From the NCBI GenBank assembly GCA_965222155.1, contig CBDCTH010000012.1:1472001-1536000 (forward strand): DNA of 64,000 nt, given 5' to 3'. The notes under the pieces are model-generated. The model ran no database searches and was not told the DNA's origin. It worked only from the letters and a program-made list of their open reading frames with translations. Shown one piece after another: positions 21,601-30,552 of this stretch (position 1 is the first letter of the stretch; every line of letters begins with the position of its first letter). This DNA comes from Gammaproteobacteria bacterium (GTDB lineage Bacteria; Pseudomonadota; Gammaproteobacteria; Eutrophobiales; Eutrophobiaceae). Position numbers and translations under genes: made by a program.

Positions 21601-24600
21601 GCGGGCGCCGCTCACCAGCGCCGCCGCCGGGTTGATGGTGATGACCGTCTTGGCCGGGTTGACCGTCACCAGCGCCGCCGCCGTCAGGTCGGTGTTGCTG
21701 CCATCGCCCACGCGCACCAGCGTCAGCGCGGCCGTGGCCGCGGCCACAGTCAGGGCATTGCCGTCGGCCTGGCGCACCGCCTCGTCGAACTGCACCAGTA
21801 CGTCCGTGTCCACGTTGCCGGTCTTGGTCCCATGCGCCGGGACGAACGTCACCGTGGGCGCGGCCGTGTCCACCGTGAAGGTCGCCGACTGCTCGGCGCC
21901 CTGCTCGTTGCCCTGCTCGTCCTCTACCGTGTTCACCGGCAGCGTCACCGTGTAGCGGGCGCCGCTCACCAGCGCCGCCGCCGGGTTGATGGTGATGACC
22001 GTCTTGGCCGGGTTGACCGTCACCAGCGCCGCCGTCAGGTCGGTGTTGCTGCCATCGCCCACGCGCACCAGCGTCAGCGCGGCGTGGCCGCGGCCACAGT
22101 CAGGGGTTGCCGTCGGCCTGGCGCACCGGCTCGTCGAACTGCACCAGTACGTCCGTGTCCACGTTGCCGGTCTTGGTCCCATGCGCCGGGACGAACGTCA
22201 CCGTGGGCGCGGCCGTGTCCACCGTGAAGGTCGCCGACTGCTCGGCGCCCTGCTCGTTGCCCTGCTCGTCCTCTACCGTGTTCACCGGCAGCGTCACCGT
22301 GTAGCGGGCGCCGCTCACCAGCGCCGCCGCCGGGTTGATGGTGATGACCGTCTTGGCCGGGTTGACCGTCACCAGCGCCGCCGCCGTCAGGTCGGTGTTG
22401 CTGCCATCGCCCACGCGCACCAGCGTCAGCGCGGCCGTGGCCGCGGCCACAGTCAGGGCATTGCCGTCGGCCTGGCGCACCGGCTCGTCGAACTGCACCA
22501 GTACGTCCGTGTCCACGTTGCCGGTCTTGGTCCCATGCGCCGGGACGAACGTCACCGTGGGCGCGGCCGTGTCCACCGTGAAGGTCGCCGACTGCTCGGC
22601 GCCCTGCTCGTTGCCCTGCTCGTCCTCTACCGTGTTCACCGGCAGCGTCACCGTGTAGCGGGCGCCGCTCACCAGCGCCGCCGCCGGGTTGATGGTGATG
22701 ACCGTCTTGGCCGGGTTGACCGTCACCAGCGCCGCCGCCGTCAGGTCGGTGTTGCTGCCATCGCCCACGCGCACCAGCGTCAGCGCGGCCGTGGCCGCGG
22801 CCACAGTCAGGGCATTGCCGTCGGCCTGGCGCACCGCCTCGTCGAACTGCACCAGTACGTCCGTGTCCACGTTGCCGGTCTTGGTCCCATGCGCCGGGAC
22901 GAACGTCACCGTGGGCGCGGCCGTGTCCACCGTGAAGGTCGCCGACTGCTCGGCGCCCTGCTCGTTGCCCTGCTCGTCCTCTACCGTGTTCGCCGGCAGC
23001 GTCACCGTGTAGCGGGCGCCGCTCACCAGCGCCGCCGCCGGGTTGATGGTGATGACCGTCTTGGCCGGGTTGACCGTCACCAGCGCCGCCGCCGTCAGGT
23101 CGGTGTTGCTGCCATCGCCCACGCGCACCAGCGTCAGCGCGGCCGTGGCCGCGGCCACAGTCAGGGCATTGCCGTCGGCCTGGCGCACCGGCTCATTAAA
23201 GCGCACCTCCACGTTTGTATTCACGGTGGCCACCGTGTCCCCGTCCGCCGGGACGAACGTCACCGTGGGCGCGGCCGTGTCCACCGTGAAGGTGGCGCTC
23301 TGGTCGCTGTCTATCTGGTTGCCCTGCTCGTCCTCTACCGTGTCCTGAAGCAGCGTCACCGTGTAGCTGCCCGGCGCCAGTGCATTCTGCGGGTCGATGG
23401 TGATGACCGTCTTATCGTTGTTGATGCTGACCCGCCCCGCGCCCGCCAGGTCGGTACCGTCGCCGTTTACCTTCTTCAACTCCACCGCCGCCACCGCGTC
23501 CGCGTCCTCCAGCGGGTCGCCGTCGGCCTGGCGCACCGGCTCGTCGAACTGCACCAGTACGTCCGTGTCCACGTCGCCCGTCTTGGTCCCGTCCGCCGGG
23601 ACGAACGTCACCGTCGGCGGGGTGGTGTCATCCGTGATTGTGCCGGTGGCAACGGTATCGCCCAGCGCGGCCCAGCTGGGTAAACCGCCGGCGGGCGCAC
23701 TCACTTCCACCGTGAAGGTCTCAGGGTTTTCGACCTCGGTGTCTATCAGGGCCGGTACCTGAATCGTCGCGCTGGTCTGGCCGGCCGGGATGGTCAGACT
23801 GGCGTTGCTCTGCGGCGTGTAGTCGGGTGAGGCCCCCGTGCTGAGCGCCGCATTCGCCCCCGTGCCGTCCGTAGTTTCCCACTTCAAGATCAGGTCCAAG
23901 GACGCGGCCGTGCTCAGGCTCACCGTGAATTCAACATCGGTGCCCTCGCTCGCGGTCGCATCCGCGATGGACACCGTGGCCGTGTCATTGTCCGTAATCG
24001 TACCGACCGCCTCGGCGTCGTTTATTGTCACTTGAGTGTCGGGAAAATCGACGGCAGACGGAAAACCGCCGGCCGGCGCGGCAATAATCGCCTTGAAGGT
24101 CTCAGCGCCCTCGGCCAGGGTGTCCTCGGTAGTCTGCACCGTGAATGTCCCAGTCCTGGTGCCCGTCGCAATGATCACGCTGCCGCCCTGATTCTCCGGG
24201 TAGTCAGCGGGCGCCGTCGCGCTATCATCCTGCAGACTCCAGTCCACGGTCACGTCTGTGGGCCAGACTATGCCCAGAGTCACGGTGAACGTCATGGGCT
24301 GGCCTTCCTCCGCGCTCGCATCCGCAATGGACAGGGTGGGGGTATCGTCGTTACGGATGGTACCCGTGGCCTCGGTATCCACCAACGTCAGTGATGCGCC
24401 GGCCGGGAAACCGGCGCCCGGCTCGCGCAGCGTCACGATGAACGTCTCGTCCTGTTCCTTGTCATGGTCCTCGGTCGTCTGCACCGTGATCGTCCCGGCG
24501 CTAGCGCCGGCCGGGATAGTCAGACTGCCGTTACTCACCGGCGTGTAGTCGGCCTTGTCGCCGGTGCTCGAGTCCGCGCTGAGTGCGGGGTGGTCCCCCG

Positions 24601-27205
24601 TGGCGTCGTCCCCGGTTTGCCAGTCCAGGCTCACGTCCGCTGCCACAGGGTGGCTCAACGTTACTGTAAACTCGACAGCCTCCCCCTCTTCCGCGGCCGC
24701 ATCCGCGAGGGTAATCCTGGCGTCATCATTGCGGATTGTCCCCGTCGCCGGTTTGCCAATGAACACAGGCGAGTTCACTCCTTCTATGATAACGGTGAAG
24801 GTCTCGTCCGGTTCGGGGTTGGGGTCCTCGCGGGTATGCACCACGAGCGGGATGGCGGTCTGGCCGGCCGGGATGGTCAGCCACCGTTTGTATCGTCGCA
24901 GATAGTCGCTGGAGCTTGCCGTGCCATCCTGAGTGAACCAAATTATGTCCACGTCTACGAGCAGAATTTTGTCCAGCGTCGCCTCGAACGTGACAGTATC
25001 GCCCTCGGCGGCGGCGGCGTCCGCGATGGAAAGCGTCGCCGGGACGACGTTGCGAATCGTGACCCTGGCTGTGTTCTTATTGTTCTTATACCTCACGCCT
25101 TGTCCCGCGGGTAATGCGGGCACCTTGAATGTGACCGTGAAGTATTCGCCGTCATCCACTTCAAGGTCATACAAGGCTCTTCCAATAGAATAACTCTGGT
25201 CAGTGACGTTTGGCTCTATGGGGTATCCCGTTTCAAAGTAATCAGGACGAATATTAGCATTACTAATATGACCCCTGAACCAAGCATCATTTTGGTCCGT
25301 CGTGCCATGCGCCGAAGTTACACTAGCCGCCTTCACTGCTGTTAGAATCGGGTGCGACAGGACTATCGACAATTTGATTTCTTGTCCCTCGGGTATGGTT
25401 ACGTCTTGTAACGATATTTCCAGATCGTCATTGTCAATGGTGCCGACGACCTGGGTTGTCATCAGCAACACCCCGGCCGGCAACGAGGGTGCGCTCAGAT
25501 TGACATAAAACGTCTCGTGCGGCTCACTCACCTCGTCCTCAAGCGTCGCCACCGTTATCGTGCCTTCGGTGGCGCCGGCAGCAATGGTCAGGCTACCGTT
25601 GCTTTGCGCCGTGTAGTCATCAACGGTGTTCGGGTCATTATCGGTGGTCGCGGGGTTGTCCCCCGTGGTGTCAGCGGTTTCCCAGCGCAGGGTTACAGCC
25701 GACGACACAGCCTGGGACAGTCTGACGGGGAACTCGATGTCGTTACCCTCCTGCGCATGGGCATTGCCAACGTGAACCGTCGTACGCGTGGCTGCGGAGC
25801 CCGTGCCGAAATCGAGACTCCAGGCGGACGGCGCTGTATAACTGAAGCCCTGAAACGACTGGTGTCTGCCACGGCTGGGATCATGATACGGACGCTGGCC
25901 GAAGCCCGGCTCATCCACTATGACGACTATCCTGGGCGGCTTGCCGTCCGTATCAGGGGTGCCGGTGACGCTGAATTGCCCGCTGTCTGTCTCGCCCGCC
26001 TCGATTTCCGTCTCACCGGATACGGTCTTCCGGCCGTTCACCAGCCCGTCCTGGGCTTCGGCGCGCCATCTCACCTTTGTGGCGCGCAGCACACCCTGGG
26101 CAATTTTCACCTTGAAGTCGACAGCCGTGCCTACAGTCAAGGTGGCGTTACCGACGCGCGCCAGCGACACCTCAAGAGGCGCATGGGAAAAATACGCGTT
26201 CTCCACGTTGGCCAGACCGGCGAACAAGCCCGCCGGCAGGCTCGTGAGTGCCGGGTTATTTTGAACCAGGAGATGTTTCAACTTGCTCAGGCCGTTGAGC
26301 AGGGTTGCCGGCAGGCTGGTCAGGTGGTTATCCGATAAATCCAGGGATTCAAGATTGCTCAGGCTGTTGAGCAAGGTTGCCGGCAGGCTGGTCAGGTGGT
26401 TATCCGATAAATCCAGACCTTGAAGATTGCTCAGGCCGTTGAGCAAGGTTGCCGGCAGGCTGGTCAGGTGGTTATGCGTTAAATCCAGGGATTCAAGATT
26501 GCTCAGGCCGTTGAACAGGGTTGCCGGCATAGTCAGACTCTTATCCTTTATATTCCCGTTAGCCCCTAAATTCAGGACTCTAAGCTTGCTCAGGCCGTTG
26601 AACAGGGTTGCCGGCAGGCTGGTCAGGGCGTTGCCATATAAATTCAGAGTTTGAAGCTCGCTCAGGCCGTTGAACAGGGTTGCCGGCAGGTCAGTCAGTC
26701 GGTTCTGCTGTAAGTACAGGTTTTGAAGATTGCTCAGGTCGTTGAACAGGGTTGCCGGCAAGTCAGTCAGTCGGTTATTCTGTAAATACAGGTTTTGAAG
26801 CTTGCTCAGGCCGGCGAAATCGCCCGCTTTCAAGGAGTTAATATTCCTTCTGCCAAGATCGAGCGTAATCAAATTCGCCAGGTGGTCAGCGGTGACATCC
26901 TCGCAACGGCTGACGCCCGACAGGGTGTTGACGATTTCGTCCTGCACCGTCCGCGTACGGTCGCAGACCCCCGAGGCGGTCTGGGCGGCGGCGGGTTCGA
27001 GGAGCGCCAGCGCGCCGAGGCAACACAGGAGTGCGGCCAACCCGGCGCCGACCGTCGGGCGCACCCGCACCGCTCTCAGGCTGCCACCCTGCCCGGAAAA
27101 TCGGGGGGGGGGGGGGTAAGGTGCCGGGCGCAGTTGTAGCGCCCGCGCAGCGATCATGAAGGGCTTCCGGCCAACACTTGAATACGTGTGAACTTGGGTT
27201 TTCAA
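9662..27205 (-). CDS. Giant autotransporter-type adhesin (~5,800 codons), split by frameshifts into several ORFs
   Basis: Domain series is continuous across ORFs 22100-27205, 21046-22182, 20204-21127, 15186-21479 and 9662-15220: signal peptide (AAA|QT), LRR, Calx-beta, Ig-like, cadherin-like, then a beta-barrel ending in W. Start is TTG 27205 or ATG 27157. Confidence 0.88.
11210..13735 (-). repeat. Cadherin-like repeats: 7 x 318 bp plus one canonical cadherin domain
   Basis: AIDVDVGD, LDYET, TDSGGLS, LTDVNE.P motifs at 318-bp period. Confidence 0.93.
14660..23630 (-). repeat. ~26 Ig-like (SbsA/Big_5-like) repeats of ~330-354 bp
   Basis: D..APTVTF.PA.G...F.E.VR...ITI.P...L..G.YTV....VED..GN...SATFTV; 26 unit boundaries counted. 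Confidence 0.9.
23630..25790 (-). repeat. Six Calx-beta-like domains
   Basis: SIADA.A.EG..V.F.V.LS, DY, LTIPAG.T, D...E.DETF.V, ATGTI.NDD motifs. Confidence 0.85.
26190..26880 (-). repeat. Leucine-rich repeat array, ~9-10 x 24 aa (72 bp)
   Basis: LSxLxxLxLxxNxLTxLPATLFNG consensus; Cys-containing N-cap GVCDRT...C. Confidence 0.93.
27103..27116 (-). repeat. C14 homopolymer in the signal-peptide coding region
   Basis: 14 consecutive G on the + strand; encodes Y-PPPP-R, currently in frame. Confidence 0.9.
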
Positions 27206-27245
27206 GAACCCCCGTCAGTTCAGGGCAAGAAGCTGGTAAAACGGC

Positions 27246-27330
27246 AGCAGTTTCCGCGCATTTTATCAGCTCCCCGGGCACGCGGGCATCCTGTCCTCGT
27301 GGAGGGCGGGACGCCCTCCCTCCCGGGCAT
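27246..27330 (+). repeat. Palindromic repeat family B, copy 1 (partial)
   Basis: CAGCAGTT.CCGC...GGGCATCCTG(T/C)CCTCGTGGAGGGCG.GACGCCCTCCCTCCC shared with 50916 and 57617. Confidence 0.8.
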
Positions 27331-27472
27331 AACAGTTATCGAAAGCGATTTTAACATGCGGCAACAACCCCCTACTCAACCATATTAAAATCATATTGTA
27401 CTATCATTGTAATAGCAAGTGGGAACCTGCAGTGGGCAATTCAATTTGTTGACAACATGTCATTATTCATTG

Positions 27473-28429
27473 ATGATTTATAAAACACGCAAAACCGAAA
27501 GCGTTGTCATTGACAATGAACATGCCGACCGACGCATCGATAATTTTCTGCTCGCTTTCCTGAAACCCATACCCAAAAGTCGCATCTACCAGATGCTGAG
27601 ACGTGGCGAGGTCAGGGTAAACAAGGGTCGCATCAAGCCCGACTACCGCCTTCAAGCGGGAGATATTATCCGCATCCCCCCGCTATTTGAGCAACCGGCC
27701 GGAATTCCCGACAAACCGCCGGCGCGCCTGGTTGAAATGATAAAGACCTGCATTATGTATGAGGATAGGCGGCTTATAGTCATAAATAAACCCGCCGGCC
27801 TGGTTGTACATGCAGGTACGGGAAGCGCTTTTGGTATTATCGAGATCCTGCGCGAGTTATATCGGCAAAAGCAGGACCTGCATTTAATTCATCGACTGGA
27901 TAAAGAGACTTCCGGTTGTCTGTTGATAGCTAAAAACATGACAATCCTGCGTCAGGTCAACCAGGCTCTGAAAAGCGGCGCCGTGCATAAAGAATATCAG
28001 GCCCTGCTGCAAGGCCGGTTACACGAAAAAAAAATCACGGTGAACACCCCGTTGCAACGTCATAGAAATGATTACGGCGAAGGACAGGTCAGGGTTGATG
28101 GCGCCGGCAAGACTGCCATATCCAAGTTTATGACAGTCAGGGTTTACAGGGATGCAACTCACGTCAGGGTCAGGATTGCCACCGGCCGAACTCATCAAAT
28201 CAGGGTCCACGCCGGTTCCATCGGCCATCCCCTTGCCGGTGACAAAAAATACGGAGACAGGGAATTTAACAAAAAAATGTACGCAGCCGGCCTGAAACGC
28301 ATGTTTTTACACGCCGGCAAACTCGCCGTACCCGAATTGAAAAAAACCGGAGAACATCAATTTATCGCGCCGTTGCCGGCGGACCTGGAGGCGGTATTGA
28401 CCCGGATTGCTCATCAAAGCACTTCGTAA
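27473..28429 (+). CDS. rluC: 23S rRNA pseudouridine synthase RluC
   Basis: S4 domain RIDNFL..PKSRIYQMLRRGEVRVN, NKPAGL.VH, HRLDKETSG, TGRTHQIRVH; ATG at 27473 is likelier than GTG at 27419. Confidence 0.93.
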   Translation: MIYKTRKTESVVIDNEHADRRIDNFLLAFLKPIPKSRIYQMLRRGEVRVNKGRIKPDYRLQAGDIIRIPPLFEQPAGIPDKPPARLVEMIKTCIMYEDRRLIVINKPAGLVVHAGTGSAFGIIEILRELYRQKQDLHLIHRLDKETSGCLLIAKNMTILRQVNQALKSGAVHKEYQALLQGRLHEKKITVNTPLQRHRNDYGEGQVRVDGAGKTAISKFMTVRVYRDATHVRVRIATGRTHQIRVHAGSIGHPLAGDKKYGDREFNKKMYAAGLKRMFLHAGKLAVPELKKTGEHQFIAPLPADLEAVLTRIAHQSTS

Positions 28430-28464
28430 TTCCAAGTCGGACTCACCGCAATGCCCCTGCCGTG

Positions 28465-28623
28465 TCGAGGCGTAATGGTAGGAGAAGACACCTCAAGGCT
28501 TGCTGTAAGTCGGGAAGCGTTCAGGATTTGGCCCTGATTGTGGGCGAGCATGGTCCAAACACGTCTCAGCGTTTCAGCCGGCACGCGCGGACCGAATTGC
28601 GGTATGTCACGCTCAAGATAAGT
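28465..28623 (-). pseudogene. Second remnant of AAA_14/DUF4143-like ATPase
   Basis: [45 protein letters not shown]. Confidence 0.7.
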
Positions 28624-28715
28624 TTAGATTTGGTTTTACTATCTGTAAGTTGTGCCAGAAACGCACTGGTGTCTTTAACATTCAGGAATGCATTAGATCA
28701 TTATATTGAACTGTT

Positions 28716-29483
28716 CTATATGCCTTCTATTTGGGGAGAGGGTATGTTGGTCTGCTGTTGGATGAAGTATTCGGTGATTGCCTGGATTTCGACGTCGTTT
28801 GGTGGTTTTTTATGGCAGTGGGTAAGTATGTCCTGGACCAGCTCGTCGTTTAATATTGGCAGGCAGTTCGAAACCTTGATTGTTTGCAGGTTATCGTTCT
28901 GAAGGTCTTTGAATTCTACGGTAATTGGTGTAGACACATCGTCTGTAAAGTTGATCTGCCAGTGTTCTTTAACGCCCAGCTCTTGATATTTGTTCAGTTT
29001 TGATCCATTAATCGATGTTACACCGACTTCAACAACAAGGTCCGGACCGTGATCGTTGATGAATTTTGTGCAGGCTGACGTGCCTTTTTCTCTGGCCTCA
29101 AGGAAGGCTTCGGAATAGTTTCCGATGTAATAACATTCATCGGGTTCAGGCCCGGTACTGTAGCCGCCCCTGGAGCCGCTTAACCGGGTTGATCCCAGTT
29201 CTGAATAGGATAGTTCCATACGGCAGGCGGCGTAGGAAATTATTCGTTCTGTTTTTTTTCCTAAATATTCGTGTATATAGCTGGGAGTCATAAGCATTAT
29301 CAGCCCGCGGTCAGGATCCAGGTAGACTCGCGGATATATTTTTTCCAGCGGAAGTTTCGAGAATTTGATGACGGTTTCTTCGTCTGTTTTAAAAACGGCG
29401 TATTCGGAGCCGACTGAATTCTTGGTGAATGTAATTTCGGGAATGGCCGGTTTTGTCTGTATGGTTTGACATGTATCGTTCAT
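28716..29483 (-). CDS. Uma2 (DUF820) family PD-(D/E)xK endonuclease
   Basis: MTPS..HE, LGST, EPDECYYIG, PDLVVEV, K..KYQELGV.EHW. Confidence 0.85.
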   Translation of the reverse strand: MNDTCQTIQTKPAIPEITFTKNSVGSEYAVFKTDEETVIKFSKLPLEKIYPRVYLDPDRGLIMLMTPSYIHEYLGKKTERIISYAACRMELSYSELGSTRLSGSRGGYSTGPEPDECYYIGNYSEAFLEAREKGTSACTKFINDHGPDLVVEVGVTSINGSKLNKYQELGVKEHWQINFTDDVSTPITVEFKDLQNDNLQTIKVSNCLPILNDELVQDILTHCHKKPPNDVEIQAITEYFIQQQTNIPSPQIEGI

Positions 29484-29940
29484 TGTCGTAAGACGATCTG
29501 TTAATTTTTACAGGAAATATATTAGCAGGGCAATAATGCCCGTATAGACGCCTATTGCCGATATTGTCCATTTGATTTGTTCGGATTTCGCGGCTTCAAT
29601 ATCGTGTTTTGTGGCCAGTCTGAGTTCTTCAATATCGTGTTTTGTGGCCAGTCTTAGTCCTTCAATATCTACTTTGAGTCCTTCAATATCGTGTTTTGTG
29701 GCCAGGTTGCTGTTGATCAGTTTTACCTGTTCGTCGGACAATGCTTCAGCCTGGGCCGTTGTGAAGCCGACATCGGTCATTCGTTGGATGAAGCGGTGAG
29801 TGTCAAAGGCGATGGCATTTGTCATGGTTGGATTATCCTCCATTATAATTTTAGCATATTGTTATGTGGGGCGGTAATTTGAATAGTTATAGCTGCTTTT
29901 TTATGGCAGGGCAACCGCATACTTTTATATATCATAAGGA
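29348..29940 (+). repeat. ~600 bp direct repeat, copy 2
   Basis: Matches 8784-9387. Confidence 0.95.
29508..29843 (-). CDS. DUF1640/CCDC90-like coiled-coil protein with C-terminal TM helix
   Basis: FDTHRFIQRM...GFT..QAEAL, LATKHDI repeats (11 aa), IKW plus hydrophobic tail. Confidence 0.85.
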   Translation of the reverse strand: MEDNPTMTNAIAFDTHRFIQRMTDVGFTTAQAEALSDEQVKLINSNLATKHDIEGLKVDIEGLRLATKHDIEELRLATKHDIEAAKSEQIKWTISAIGVYTGIIALLIYFL

Positions 29941-29944
29941 AGGG

Positions 29945-30150
29945 CAGGGCAAACGCATACTTTTGAATTCAGATGTTTTTGCCCGATTCCGTCATTCTGG
30001 CGCAGGCCAGAATCCAGTGAATAACCCTTCATTACCCTGAGCCTGCGCTGTTGTTTGACTGGATGCTGGCATTCGCCAGCATGACGGGCGGTGTTGTCCG
30101 GTTGGTTTCCTGTCTTCTGCAACAGAATCCAAAAGTATGCGGTTGCCCTG
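29945..30150. mobile_element. 206-bp MITE (family A) with CAGGGC-ended TIRs and 10-bp TSD
   Basis: CAGGGCAAACGCATACTTTTG...CAAAAGTATGCGGTTGCCCTG flanked by TAAGGAAGGG at 29935-29944 and 30151-30160. Confidence 0.92.
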
Positions 30151-30157
30151 TAAGGAA

Positions 30158-30182
30158 GGGGACGGATTTGAAATCCGTCCCC
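30158..30182. repeat. REP-like hairpin GGGGACGGATTT-G-AAATCCGTCCCC
   Basis: Palindrome related to GGGGACAGATTTAAATCTGTCCCC at ~51012 and ~57732. Confidence 0.75.
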
Positions 30183-30211
30183 GGAGAGTCCGCGTATGGG
30201 TGTACGCCAAA

Positions 30212-30283
30212 GCCTGCCCCCCTGCTTACAACCGCAGGGGCAAGCTCTGTATGGAGTTGAGCAGGGGGAAGGCGCACATCAAA
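30212..30283 (+). repeat. Repeat family C (inverted copy at 39454-39525)
   Basis: CCCCTGCTTACAACCGCAGGGGCAAGCTCTGTATGGAGTTGAGCAGGGGGA shared. Confidence 0.85.
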
Positions 30284-30552
30284 AATCCGGCGCGATCATC
30301 ACATCCATTGGTGAAATATACGGGTTAGCCCGGACTTCTCACCACGGGATTGAATAAGGCCGCATCCTAAAATTTTTATGAGAACAGCAAAAACAGCAAC
30401 GAATGTTAACGATATCCTGTTATTATTGCTTGCCCACTGATAAATACAAAATCGTAATTATAGTGTCTATTTCGGCAAAGATGGTGATGCGATTATCGTG
30501 TTACTAACCGGTGGCGGTTTACCCCATTGAAACCCCTATGGCTTATCCGCTG

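Noticed and set aside
26190-26880. CRISPR-like pattern of constant repeat plus variable spacer
   Set aside because: The 72-bp period is in frame and encodes LRRs; spacers resemble each other; no cas genes or leader
29925-30328. Short ORFs over MITE-A and family C (also 54162-54812, 50641-51072, 57604-57900)
   Set aside because: They are translations of repeat elements and recur wherever the repeat occurs
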